Part shown: positions 8,738 through 17,619 of the stretch, piece after piece
Layout of the letters: each line of letters starts with the position of its first letter
Numbering within the stretch: the stretch's first letter is position 1
Notes under the pieces: model-generated
The model's database searches: none
What the model was told of the DNA's origin: nothing
Seen by the model: only the letters and a program-made list of their open reading frames with translations
Translations under genes and position numbers: made by a program
NCBI GenBank assembly: GCA_964618725.1
Contig: CAZUBK010000001.1
Span: forward strand, 196,908-260,907
Source: an uncultured Pseudomonadales bacterium
GTDB lineage: Bacteria > Patescibacteriota > Microgenomatia > UBA1400 > Chazhemtobacteraceae
DNA: 64,000 bases
Direction of reading: 5' to 3'

Positions 8738-9396
8738 TTATCTGTTTTTTTTTGAAAAAGATGTTCGGCTACAATCCAATCCTCTAGTTCATCTATCTCT
8801 ACTGAAGATTGTGGATCCATTGTGTAGATCCCAATTCTACCACCGAGACGGTTCTGATACTTTTCTAGAATTTGACGTTTGGTTAAGTAGAAGGCTCCAT
8901 TCTCCATAAGCCAGCCTTCGAACTCTTGCCTCCGAGGACGATTATATGGATCGTAGTTAACCGGTTCGTTGTTAGTGTTCCAAAAGAAACGTTTCCAGGA
9001 GACAGCAGAAAGAAGAGAATCATATTTCCTTTGTTTGAATAGTTTTATGGCTTCGTCTAGATCGAGAGAGGTGGTAAAGGGTGAAGTGGCTTGCAGGGTA
9101 ACAAGAATATCAAAATCAAGGTTTTGCATGAAATGGAGCATGACTGATTCGGTACTGGCTGTATCGGTGGCCAGTTCAGCTGGTCTATCGATAACCTTTG
9201 TACCAAGAGAAAGACAGATATCCTTGATTTGGGGGTGATCGGTGGAAACCCAAACTTCATCAATCAGCGAGCAATCTTGAGCTGCTTTAATGGTCCAGTA
9301 ACAAAGAGGGTGACCGGCGAATGGCTTGATATTTTTTAGGGGGATGGACTTTGAACCACCGCGAAGGGGGATTAGAGCGATAATAGACTTTTTCAT
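8734..9396 (-). CDS. neuA: Acylneuraminate cytidylyltransferase family (CMP-nonulosonic acid synthetase, NeuA/CTP_transf_3).
   Basis: The N-terminal ALIPLRGGSKSIPLKNIKPFAGHPL matches the NeuA/KdsB-type cytidylyltransferase signature. It has a 4-nt overlap with the FkbM gene. Confidence 0.8.
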   Translation of the reverse strand: MKKSIIALIPLRGGSKSIPLKNIKPFAGHPLCYWTIKAAQDCSLIDEVWVSTDHPQIKDICLSLGTKVIDRPAELATDTASTESVMLHFMQNLDFDILVTLQATSPFTTSLDLDEAIKLFKQRKYDSLLSAVSWKRFFWNTNNEPVNYDPYNRPRRQEFEGWLMENGAFYLTKRQILEKYQNRLGGRIGIYTMDPQSSVEIDELEDWIVAEHLFQKKTDK

Positions 9397-9464
9397 GCTA
9401 GGGTAATTGTTTGGTTACATCTTACTTAATAATGGCTAATGCGAATACCTATTAGATTTTATCA

Positions 9465-9493
9465 CTATCCAATATTTAGAGTTCATGTATAAT
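9465..9493 (+). promoter_or_regulatory. Candidate promoter with a perfect TATAAT -10 (about 9488..9493) for the orphan gene.
   Basis: tgtataat is read directly and the -35 is weak. It lies about 35 nt upstream of AGGAGG (9515..9520) and ATG 9530. Confidence 0.3.
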
Positions 9494-9529
9494 ATGAGAT
9501 ATCTGTTTAACTGCAGGAGGTTCTTTTAC

Positions 9530-10813
9530 ATGGTAAGTAAGCTAACAAAGAGACCCAAGAAAAACAATATTTCAGATCAACCTATTGGACTATATGTCTT
9601 TAGCCAATTAGGTACGGTTAAAGAGAAACTGAGAGTAAAAGATGACGGGCAAGCTGTTGCCTTTCAAATAAATAACTCCAGTATTCAAGCTGATATGCTC
9701 TGTGTAATTGATGCATATGGCTTCGAAACACGAATTCTCAACCTAAGAGTGAAAAATTTAGAATCCCTCCCTCTCCTCGACAATCTTTTAAAATATGACA
9801 AAGTCGCTAGCTGGGTTGGTGAAATCCAGATTGAAGTAAAGTTTTTCGCTCTTGAGGAAACAATGTTAACGGCTAAGATTAAACGAGATACTGACTTGTA
9901 CACCAAGAGAGACAATATCTATTCTCATTCTGAACCTGAACTAATTAATGCTATCAAGGAGGTAGTTTCTGTTTGTTCAGAGATTAGAGGCACATCGATA
10001 CAATACGTGTCCAATCAAACAAAAATAACCGCTACTTTATCGCCGTTGGATATGTTGCTTAAATCACTAGACGAACGAGACTCAATAAGTTTATCCTGGG
10101 CAGAAAAAAGTTTAATAGAACAACTAGAAATGTTAAGACGCGTTGGTGCTTTCACAGCTTTTTCAGCGATTGCTCAGTTTTTTGGTGGTTATCAAGAATT
10201 AGCGTTAGTCGAGGTAGAAAATAGACAGGATGTTTTTTCTGATGACTATTATGACGATATGCGTTCACTTGTGTTTTATTCTCTTACTGATAAAGTCGGT
10301 ATGTCTGCTGCCTGGTTATCTGAGGCTATTAAGTTGATCTCTAATTGGCATTACTCCCAAGGACCCTCGAGATCAGATAACCATCTCCCCTTATATGCAA
10401 CGTCACACCTAGAAATTCGGCTAAGGCATAAATTTGATAGTAATGAGATCTTGATGATAAATTCAGAATTAGGGCGACAGCTTACATATAGCACTCAGAT
10501 CGGGTTTTATCATCCCGATGAAAGCCACCATTTTAAGGGACATTGGTATACAGAGGTCCGCAATTTGGGTAGTCACGGAATCAATGTCTTTCGGAAAGAG
10601 CCAATTATCCGCACAGTAAAAAAATGGACTGGAAAGAAAACAGATCAGATTGTTAGCTATAAACTAATTCTTGCCGAAGAAGAAGCTGCGAAGAACTTAC
10701 CGGAACTAGTGAAGATTATTTCTCTAATTATTCCTCCCCTTCAAGCAAGACACTTTACTGAAATGCTCAAATCAGTAGTTGTTGATGAATTGAGATTTCC
10801 TTTTGATATTTGA
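9530..10813 (+). CDS. Hypothetical soluble protein of 427 aa with no recognisable family. The track ORF starts at 9485; ATG 9530 is preferred because AGGAGG sits 9 nt upstream.
   Basis: It is a long ORF on the opposite strand to both neighbours, has its own -10 box and a strong RBS, and I see no catalytic motif. Confidence 0.6.
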   Translation: MVSKLTKRPKKNNISDQPIGLYVFSQLGTVKEKLRVKDDGQAVAFQINNSSIQADMLCVIDAYGFETRILNLRVKNLESLPLLDNLLKYDKVASWVGEIQIEVKFFALEETMLTAKIKRDTDLYTKRDNIYSHSEPELINAIKEVVSVCSEIRGTSIQYVSNQTKITATLSPLDMLLKSLDERDSISLSWAEKSLIEQLEMLRRVGAFTAFSAIAQFFGGYQELALVEVENRQDVFSDDYYDDMRSLVFYSLTDKVGMSAAWLSEAIKLISNWHYSQGPSRSDNHLPLYATSHLEIRLRHKFDSNEILMINSELGRQLTYSTQIGFYHPDESHHFKGHWYTEVRNLGSHGINVFRKEPIIRTVKKWTGKKTDQIVSYKLILAEEEAAKNLPELVKIISLIIPPLQARHFTEMLKSVVVDELRFPFDI

Positions 10814-10820
10814 TGTATTT

Positions 10821-10848
10821 ATATAGACCACCTAACAGTGGTCTATAT
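10821..10848. terminator. Perfect 11-bp inverted repeat ATATAGACCAC-ctaaca-GTGGTCTATAT between convergent genes. It is a putative bidirectional terminator or stabiliser hairpin.
   Basis: The stem-loop is read directly. The right arm overlaps the stop codon of the GT4 gene, and there is no strong T-tract on either side. Confidence 0.4.
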
Positions 10849-11889
10849 TGCTGTCGTAGCGATTTGACCAAGTACCTTGACCAGACTGGAAACACTTCCT
10901 GAAGAGAAGCTAAAACCGTTGACTCCTTCTTTTATCAAATCGGGTGCACAACCACATTTATTACTGACAACTACTTTTAATCCACTATGCAAAGCTTCGT
11001 TAACTACCAAGCCCCAGACTTCTTCAGTTGAGGGAAGTACGAGAACGTCACAAGACACATAAACTGGCGGAGTATCGTATTGATCTATGTGACCCAGGAA
11101 AATGACTTTGTTTAACTTCTTTCTAGCAACAAAATCTTTAACCTGCTCCTCCAACTGACCGTAACCGACAATAACAAGTCCCCAATCAGGGTGCGATTTG
11201 TAAAAATGCTGATAGGCTTTAAGTAGGGTGAAGATACCTTTGCGTTCGATCAGCTGACCAACAAAAAGAAGGTTAAATTTAGCAGTAATGTGAAACTGTT
11301 TTTTGAGCAAACGGCGCTTTGGGCGCAGCGTGTTTGCCTTAGTCTCAAAATAGTGACGACTAACGTCGTTTTGAAAAATTTCTATCTGTTTGGGCCTAGC
11401 GCCAAGTGAAATCAAATATTCCTTGGCTCTTGTGCCATAGGCGATGAAGTCGGTTGAGAGATGCACAAAGAGCTTGACCAGAGGCAGGGTGAGACTGCGC
11501 CGCCAACTGTCCTCATTGGCTGTACTGCCACTCCAGAGGGTGAGATGTTTTTTGCGCCAGGCTCCCCAAAAGAATGCTGCTTGATAAGCGAAAAGATCCC
11601 ATCCAGTGATGATAAGACGATCGGGATTATTTTTTTTTAGGATTTTGAAAATGGAAGGATTGATGAAATAGGTAAAGAGGTCTTTGCCTTTGAGTTTGAC
11701 CTGAAAGCTTGGAAGGACTTGATAATCAAAGTTTATTTTTTCTTGTTGAGTCCAACGTCGATTAGATTCAGTGCTGGCGCAAAATATGACCTTGGTTTTA
11801 CCTAAGTCCTTTTTGTGTTGTTTGATATATAAATTAAGCCGAGCGATTGTGTTATTGGAAAGGATGTTGATAAGAATCAGTGTCTTCAT
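10843..11889 (-). CDS. GT4-family glycosyltransferase (GT-B, retaining).
   Basis: The C-terminal EEVWGLVVNEALHSGLKVVVSNKCGCAPDLIKEGVNGF carries the E-x7-E Glycos_transf_1 signature. Confidence 0.85.
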   Translation of the reverse strand: MKTLILINILSNNTIARLNLYIKQHKKDLGKTKVIFCASTESNRRWTQQEKINFDYQVLPSFQVKLKGKDLFTYFINPSIFKILKKNNPDRLIITGWDLFAYQAAFFWGAWRKKHLTLWSGSTANEDSWRRSLTLPLVKLFVHLSTDFIAYGTRAKEYLISLGARPKQIEIFQNDVSRHYFETKANTLRPKRRLLKKQFHITAKFNLLFVGQLIERKGIFTLLKAYQHFYKSHPDWGLVIVGYGQLEEQVKDFVARKKLNKVIFLGHIDQYDTPPVYVSCDVLVLPSTEEVWGLVVNEALHSGLKVVVSNKCGCAPDLIKEGVNGFSFSSGSVSSLVKVLGQIATTAI

Positions 11890-11895
11890 TGGAGC

Positions 11896-13323
11896 TTAAT
11901 GTGACTCGATAAAAGAATCGATCGTGTCACACACATATTCTATCTGCTTAGCAGTAATGCCGGGATGTAATCCTATCCAGATGGCATTTTGCAAAAGGTG
12001 GTTCGAGTTGGAGAGACTACCTATTTGGCGATGTTTGATATCTTGATATGCTGGCTGATGAAGCAGATTGCCGCCAAAAATTCGTCGAGTAGCAACTTTG
12101 TGGGTTTCTAGATGATTGATCAGATCGGTCGAATTGAAATGCTGATCGGGTCGAAGATTCAGAACATAGCCAAAAGGAGAGGGATTGATATTGGTGGGGA
12201 CCTTAATGGGGAAAAAGAGATGGTCGTATTTTTCTAAACGTTGACGGAAGATGGCATAGTTTCTCCTTCTTGTAACTATGAAATTGGCGACCTTATCTAT
12301 TTGAGCTAGCCCTATGGCTGATTGCATTTCGGTGAGTCTCATATTGTAGCCAATTTCGGAGTAGATGTATTTATGATCGTAACCTAGTGGCATTTTGCCA
12401 AGTTGCCAAGCAAAACGCTTCTGACAGGTATTGTCGTCTCCTGGCTTGCACCAACAGTCTCGTCCCCAATCGCGGAAGGTGTTAATTGTACGATAGAGAA
12501 GTGCATTGTTAGTGAAAATGACGCCTCCCTCACCAGTAGTAATCTGATGAGCAGGAAAGAAACTGACAGTACTAATATCGCCGAAAGAGGTGATGGGTTT
12601 GTTGTCGATGGTTGCTCCCAGAGCATCACAGGAATCTTCGATGAACCAGAGGTTATGTTTTTTGGCAAGGTTACGAATTTTATCGGCTTGAAATGGGAAA
12701 CCAAGGGTATGAGCGAGCATAATGGCTTTTGTCTTTGGCGTAATCGCCTCTTCGATTGATTTCGGAGAGACGTTTAGAGTATGAACATCGACGTCAACAA
12801 AAACGGGGACTGCCCTATTTTGAATAATGGGATTGACAGTGGTAGGGAAGCCGCAGGCGGCAGTGATTACTTCATCTCCCGGCTTGATTTGTCGCTCTTG
12901 GAGCTTTTTTGAAGTGAGAGCGCTGAAGGCTAAGAGATTGGCGCTAGATCCCGAGACAGTTAAAGAGACAAATTGGTTACCTGTAAATTGGCGAAGTTTC
13001 TGAGAAAATTGAGCGGTCTTAACTCCTTCCGTAAGCCAGAAATCCAGGGCGACATCAGCCATGTTAATCATCTCCTGCTCGTCGTAGGTTGCCCCTGAGG
13101 CTTTAATGTAAGTCATACCAGGAGTGAACTGGGTATTGGCGTGATAATCAGAATGAAATTTTTTAACAAGATCAAAAATCCTTTTCTTATCTTTGTTTTT
13201 CTGATGGTTAAGATTTAGGGCAGTAGGCTCTTGAGTGCTGACAGTGACAACAAAAAACTCTAACAGCAGATGTAGGAGGAAATAGAAAGGTTTACCTAGA
13301 TAAATTAATAGCCGAGCGAACAT
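11896..13323 (-). CDS. rfbH: CDP-6-deoxy-D-glycero-L-threo-4-hexulose 3-dehydrase (E1; RfbH/DdhC/AscC family, DegT-like fold). The N-terminal roughly 40 aa may be an extension or a mis-start.
   Basis: SGSSANLLA, KPGDEVITAACGFPTTVNP, FRDWGRDCWCKPGDDNTCQKRF and GYDHKYIYS match RfbH blocks almost residue for residue. The PLP-lysine position is His (SFFPAHQITTGEGG), as in E1 and ColD PMP-dependent dehydrases. Confidence 0.85.
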   Translation of the reverse strand: MFARLLIYLGKPFYFLLHLLLEFFVVTVSTQEPTALNLNHQKNKDKKRIFDLVKKFHSDYHANTQFTPGMTYIKASGATYDEQEMINMADVALDFWLTEGVKTAQFSQKLRQFTGNQFVSLTVSGSSANLLAFSALTSKKLQERQIKPGDEVITAACGFPTTVNPIIQNRAVPVFVDVDVHTLNVSPKSIEEAITPKTKAIMLAHTLGFPFQADKIRNLAKKHNLWFIEDSCDALGATIDNKPITSFGDISTVSFFPAHQITTGEGGVIFTNNALLYRTINTFRDWGRDCWCKPGDDNTCQKRFAWQLGKMPLGYDHKYIYSEIGYNMRLTEMQSAIGLAQIDKVANFIVTRRRNYAIFRQRLEKYDHLFFPIKVPTNINPSPFGYVLNLRPDQHFNSTDLINHLETHKVATRRIFGGNLLHQPAYQDIKHRQIGSLSNSNHLLQNAIWIGLHPGITAKQIEYVCDTIDSFIESH

Positions 13324-13367
13324 AGATTCTTAGTCTTTTGAGATTTGAAGGGCATTGTAACACGCTC

Positions 13368-14327
13368 CTAAAGTGAGCGAGGAGAAGTCTGGATGGTGTA
13401 GAGTTTCTTGTTCGTTCTGAACCAATCAACCGTTTCTTCCAAGCTTTGATCTAGAGAAGAAACGGGTGACCAACCGAGAAGTTTCTTGGCAAGTGATACA
13501 TCTGCCCAACATTGAGAGTCGTTGATCGGAGCGAATTGGTCAGTGACTTGAGGTAAAACTTTCGGATTAATTATTTTGACCAGTTTGTTAACAAGGTCGC
13601 CCACTCTGGTTGGTTGACCACTTCCTATGTTAATGACTTCACCTTGTTTTAGGGCAATAGAACTGGCTCTAAGATATGCGGTAACCACATCGGCTAAATA
13701 AACAAAGTCACGTACTGGTGATGAAGAAATAGTGAATGACTTGTCGTTCAGAAAAGAAAAGATAGTTCTAGAAACTAAACGACGCACGTCTTCGTAAGGC
13801 CCGAAAGTGGTAAATAGTCTAAGAGTGCAGACGGGAAGCTGATAGTCCTTAGCAAACTCGCAAGCAAGATGAGTGGATTTTATTTTGGCAGTGTCATAGG
13901 GATTGCGAGGTGTCCCAAGAATTGATTCGATACGGCAGCCCGGCAGATCTGCGTATTCGTAGACACTACCAGTATTTACAAAAGAAGTTAGATCAACATT
14001 AAGAGCTGCCTTGAGGAGATTTTCCGTACCCAGTACGTTAGATCTAAGGATGAGATCTTTATCATCTTGGTCTCGGTAGACACCATAGGTGGCGAGATTG
14101 AATATATGATTTGGGTTGATCTCTTTAATGGTTTTCTGCAGAGAAGTAAGATCGGTCAGGTCGCCCTGAACGAGATGGTGCCGACTACTATGTTTGGGTA
14201 AACGCCAGATATTTGACTCAGGACGAATAAGAGAAGATACATCAAGACCTCTGCTAACTAGCTCTCGAACGATCGCGGATCCGATGAAACCGGTCGCCCC
14301 TGCAATAAGATACTTCTCTCTTTTCAT
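13368..14327 (-). CDS. NAD-dependent epimerase/dehydratase (extended SDR). It is a candidate CDP-paratose or CDP-abequose synthase-type 4-reductase.
   Basis: GATGFIGSAIVREL and YDTAKIKSTHL (YxxxK) are present, and it is adjacent to rfbH. Confidence 0.75.
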   Translation of the reverse strand: MKREKYLIAGATGFIGSAIVRELVSRGLDVSSLIRPESNIWRLPKHSSRHHLVQGDLTDLTSLQKTIKEINPNHIFNLATYGVYRDQDDKDLILRSNVLGTENLLKAALNVDLTSFVNTGSVYEYADLPGCRIESILGTPRNPYDTAKIKSTHLACEFAKDYQLPVCTLRLFTTFGPYEDVRRLVSRTIFSFLNDKSFTISSSPVRDFVYLADVVTAYLRASSIALKQGEVINIGSGQPTRVGDLVNKLVKIINPKVLPQVTDQFAPINDSQCWADVSLAKKLLGWSPVSSLDQSLEETVDWFRTNKKLYTIQTSPRSL

Positions 14328-15244
14328 TTAAACCAGTGATTTACTATTTGTTTGATTTTGCCGATTTGAGCTCTAGTTTGATAATAAGGGACGGAAACGG
14401 CCTTGTTTTTGACTAATGCTTCTTTTCTCTCATATACTTTGTGACGACGACGTAGTGCCATGGATTTCTTGTGATTGAAACCGAGTTTTATTAAATGGTC
14501 GACAAAGAAGCGGTTAAAGTCCTGCCAAATGTTATTAGGCCAAGCTCGATGATTGCTAGCTAGATACTGGACCTGGGGCTCGGCCAGGAAATAGATAAAG
14601 GGATATTTTTTGATTACGCTAGCAAGAACAAAAATGTGAATAAAATTGTGACCAATGAAACTGGTATTGTCGACAACTGCCTCTCTCCAATAGTCACGGC
14701 GAAAGATATCTGTCGACATTGTAAGAGCATTAACTCCAAGTGACTTGAAATAAGATTTCTTGGACTCGGTTGGATAAAAAAAGAACTGATCGGCACTGAC
14801 AAATAGTTTGCTCTTTTTCAAATCGACCATTCGGTCAGCGGTCTTTGTTTGCAGTAAATGATCAAAACGGCTGTAGTTAACATTGATCAAGCTTAGTTTT
14901 GGCTGCTTATGAACTAGATCAAGAACAGATTTAATGGCTCCAGGGATGAGCTCATCGTCATTGCTTAGTAACCAACAATATTTACCGTTTGCTTGGTTAA
15001 TTACATGAAGGACATTCTTGTCAAAGCCAAGGTTCTTTTGGTTAATCTGAAAGTTAAGTTTGAGTTTTGGGAATTCCTTTTTTGTCGTATTAATACTTTC
15101 TAGAATATTTTCAGTGGAACAGTCATCGGTGATGACGACTTCTATTTTATTCGTTGCCTGTTTACCGATGCTGCGGAGATTATTCAATAAGAGCTCTGCT
15201 CGATTGTAGTTAGGGATGCAGATGCTCAGAACCGGCTTAGTCAT
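14324..15244 (-). CDS. GT2-family glycosyltransferase.
   Basis: LSICIPNYNRAELL...VVITDDCSTE and SNDDEL (DxD) motifs. Confidence 0.8.
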   Translation of the reverse strand: MTKPVLSICIPNYNRAELLLNNLRSIGKQATNKIEVVITDDCSTENILESINTTKKEFPKLKLNFQINQKNLGFDKNVLHVINQANGKYCWLLSNDDELIPGAIKSVLDLVHKQPKLSLINVNYSRFDHLLQTKTADRMVDLKKSKLFVSADQFFFYPTESKKSYFKSLGVNALTMSTDIFRRDYWREAVVDNTSFIGHNFIHIFVLASVIKKYPFIYFLAEPQVQYLASNHRAWPNNIWQDFNRFFVDHLIKLGFNHKKSMALRRRHKVYERKEALVKNKAVSVPYYQTRAQIGKIKQIVNHWFK

Positions 15245-15254
15245 GGTCTATATC

Positions 15255-15881
15255 TTACACGATTAACTTTGTCAGTCTTTTGACTAGTTTGGCAGGGTTA
15301 CCAAATAATAGGCTATTGAAGGCAAAAGATTGAAACACTACGCTCCCTGCTCCAATAAGGCAATTGTTGCCAAGAACCACCCCTTTCAGAATTTGGGAGT
15401 TCATACCTATAAAGACATTGCGGCCAATTCTAACCGGCGAAGTCTTGATATTGCTTTGTGAGTAACGACGGTTTCCTGTTTTAGTTGGGTGAAAATCGGT
15501 GTCAATGATGCTTGAGTTGGCACCAATTAAAGTATTGGCGCCTATATCGATTCGTTTGGCGGCACAAATAATACCACCAGTGATACCGACATCTTTGCCG
15601 ATGTTAATCACAGCATCGGTTTTCCAAGTCGTAAGAATAAGTGGATGATTGACTCCTAGAGGGTTGGAATAGGTCCAACTCCTGACCTCAACACGATCGC
15701 CAATAATGATGCGGCTATTGCGATGGCGAATGATTTTAGGAAAGCCATACCATTTGGTTCCCTGACCCACTTCTACTCCATTAAGCTTTAGATACAGCAT
15801 CACGAATGGGTGATAAACGATTCTCCATAGCTCATACCAGGCTTTCCAAGGGGTATCTAGGATCAGATTGAGATGAGACAT
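15255..15881 (-). CDS. Hexapeptide-repeat (left-handed beta-helix) acyl/acetyltransferase, probably a sugar O-acetyltransferase.
   Basis: Repeating [LIV]G-x4 hexads (IGANTLIGANSSII, IGMNSQILKGVVLGNNCLIGAGSVV). Confidence 0.7.
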   Translation of the reverse strand: MSHLNLILDTPWKAWYELWRIVYHPFVMLYLKLNGVEVGQGTKWYGFPKIIRHRNSRIIIGDRVEVRSWTYSNPLGVNHPLILTTWKTDAVINIGKDVGITGGIICAAKRIDIGANTLIGANSSIIDTDFHPTKTGNRRYSQSNIKTSPVRIGRNVFIGMNSQILKGVVLGNNCLIGAGSVVFQSFAFNSLLFGNPAKLVKRLTKLIV

Positions 15882-15882
15882 A

Positions 15883-17619
15883 TTATTGTTCTAGGTAATA
15901 AAGATTTTTCCCTATTGATTGTGCCTGGCATACAAGTGGCTCCTCGGCACAAGTTTTGGTTGTGGCGAACCAGAAAGAAGACTGTGGGGTGGGAGCAGAG
16001 GCATACGTACAATTAATGTTAAAGATGGCCATAAATTGCTCATTCGTACTGGCATGCCAAATGCCTTGGTCAAGAATGTAAAGTGTGTGGGGACCGGTAT
16101 CGGCACAGAAGGCAATGATATCTTGATTCTGAGGATGTCTATCTTTGATCCAATCATAAATATTGGTTTTTCCCCTGGCGTAGGCTATCTCCTGGGGCGA
16201 AAGGTAATGCCAGATACTGTAAGTGGTCTTCATGCCTGAAATGAAGTAAAAGAGGGCAAAGAATGAGACAAGAAGGGTATACCAGCTGAGTCTAGTCGCC
16301 GGTAGAACGATTAAGAGAGTAAACAAGATCTGTAAGTAGAAGAAGTAGCGAGGCAAGAAACCTGAATAAAAACGAAGTAGGAATAATTCCAAGGTAATAC
16401 CTACTAAAAGAAAGATTGCAAAGTAGCGTTGTTTTTTGTTACCGAACCTAAATATCAAGCCGACAGAGGCGATCCAAAGGACAGATATGGGCAGTTTGAT
16501 GGTAATTTGATTGATAATGGTAGGGAGACTTCGAAGTGTGACCGGAACAGTCCAGCCGTCAAAGAAGGTTTCTGTGGCGGCACAAAAAGCCAGTTTACAG
16601 GGGAAGAAAAAGGGGTAGACAGGGTTACCGGTGAAGTAAAAGTTGTTTAGATACCAATATCCACCAGAAATAAATAGAATTGCAAATAACAAGATCATGT
16701 TCCTTGCTTTAAACACTTCCAGTAAAATCGCCTGATTCTTTTTGTAAAAGAGAAATCCAAGCGTAATGAGTCCGTAGGTGAGTAGGACAGAGAGTCCGGT
16801 GAATTTCGTTGAGATAGAAAGACCTAAAAAGAAGACAGCGGTTAACAGGATAGAAGACTTCTTGTTTTGATAAAAGTCAAAGAGACTGACAATTCCTAAG
16901 GCAATGAAGGATGCGAGAGAGTAATCAGTATAGCCTGACGCTCCTATGATCAGGAGATCCTTCATCAAGTAAAGATAAATGACAACAAATAGATTGGCTG
17001 ACCAGTGACCAAAGTGATACTTAGTGACTGCATAGATACTGGAGATGCTTGTCAGAAAGATAAGGAAGTGGAGGAGACGAGCCGGCGAGTAAGATCTGGC
17101 TAAAGAAAAAACTAGGGCAAGGAAGGTTTCAATAAATCGGGGAACATAGGTATAGATTTCTGAGTTACTACCAAAGCCCCAGGTGTTCTGATTGAGTAGT
17201 TGGAATGGAGAAATAAAGTGATAACGGACTTCGTCGGTAAGATAAGGGGGGAGAGAACTTTTGACAAACAAGGCAGGGAAAAGAGTAAGTATGGTTAAGG
17301 TAAGAAATGGATTTTTTAGGTAAAAAGAAAAGAGACTTTGATAATCTTTGTTTTTCAGATAGCTTGCTAAGCAGATCAAAGCAGGGAGGGTCAAACTTAA
17401 GGCGACGTATATCGGCTTGAAAGGTAAAAAGAAATGAAGGAGGTACCAAATAAAAACAATAGGAGCCAGACTATATAACCAGTAAACTGGACGATAGAGA
17501 CTACTTGATTTAAAAAGATGCCGATTAATGTAACTTCCAACGATATCTAGAGATAGGAAGATAAGAACGGTGATGAGGAGTAGAAGGGGGGTTAATGGCT
17601 TGAAATAATCAATTAGCAT
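15883..17619 (-). CDS. GT-C fold polytopic membrane glycosyltransferase (PMT/ArnT-like). It has about 11-13 TM helices plus a C-terminal soluble domain.
   Basis: Extremely hydrophobic N-terminal 430 aa, an acidic first-loop motif LTDEVRYHF, and a C-terminal roughly 140 aa hydrophilic domain. It is a tandem paralog of 17609..19504. Confidence 0.65.
   Translation of the reverse strand: MLIDYFKPLTPLLLLITVLIFLSLDIVGSYINRHLFKSSSLYRPVYWLYSLAPIVFIWYLLHFFLPFKPIYVALSLTLPALICLASYLKNKDYQSLFSFYLKNPFLTLTILTLFPALFVKSSLPPYLTDEVRYHFISPFQLLNQNTWGFGSNSEIYTYVPRFIETFLALVFSLARSYSPARLLHFLIFLTSISSIYAVTKYHFGHWSANLFVVIYLYLMKDLLIIGASGYTDYSLASFIALGIVSLFDFYQNKKSSILLTAVFFLGLSISTKFTGLSVLLTYGLITLGFLFYKKNQAILLEVFKARNMILLFAILFISGGYWYLNNFYFTGNPVYPFFFPCKLAFCAATETFFDGWTVPVTLRSLPTIINQITIKLPISVLWIASVGLIFRFGNKKQRYFAIFLLVGITLELFLLRFYSGFLPRYFFYLQILFTLLIVLPATRLSWYTLLVSFFALFYFISGMKTTYSIWHYLSPQEIAYARGKTNIYDWIKDRHPQNQDIIAFCADTGPHTLYILDQGIWHASTNEQFMAIFNINCTYASAPTPQSSFWFATTKTCAEEPLVCQAQSIGKNLYYLEQ

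Noticed and set aside
8745-11637. A/T homopolymers (T9 at about 8745..8753 in the neuA 3' end; A8 at about 11629 in the GT4 gene).
   Set aside because: Runs of A or T of 8-9 are expected in AT-rich DNA. Unlike the G/C tracts they are not statistically unusual, so I did not flag them as phase-variation sites.
12403-12759. This and many similar antisense or alternative-frame ORFs in the track (for example 2345..2569, 3102..3329, 15919..16239, 18170..18370, 28088..28524, 42265..43121, 44269..44592, 47309..48225, 53136..53444, 59070..60235).
   Set aside because: Each lies wholly inside a longer, motif-supported gene on the other strand or frame, and none has a recognisable motif or start signal.
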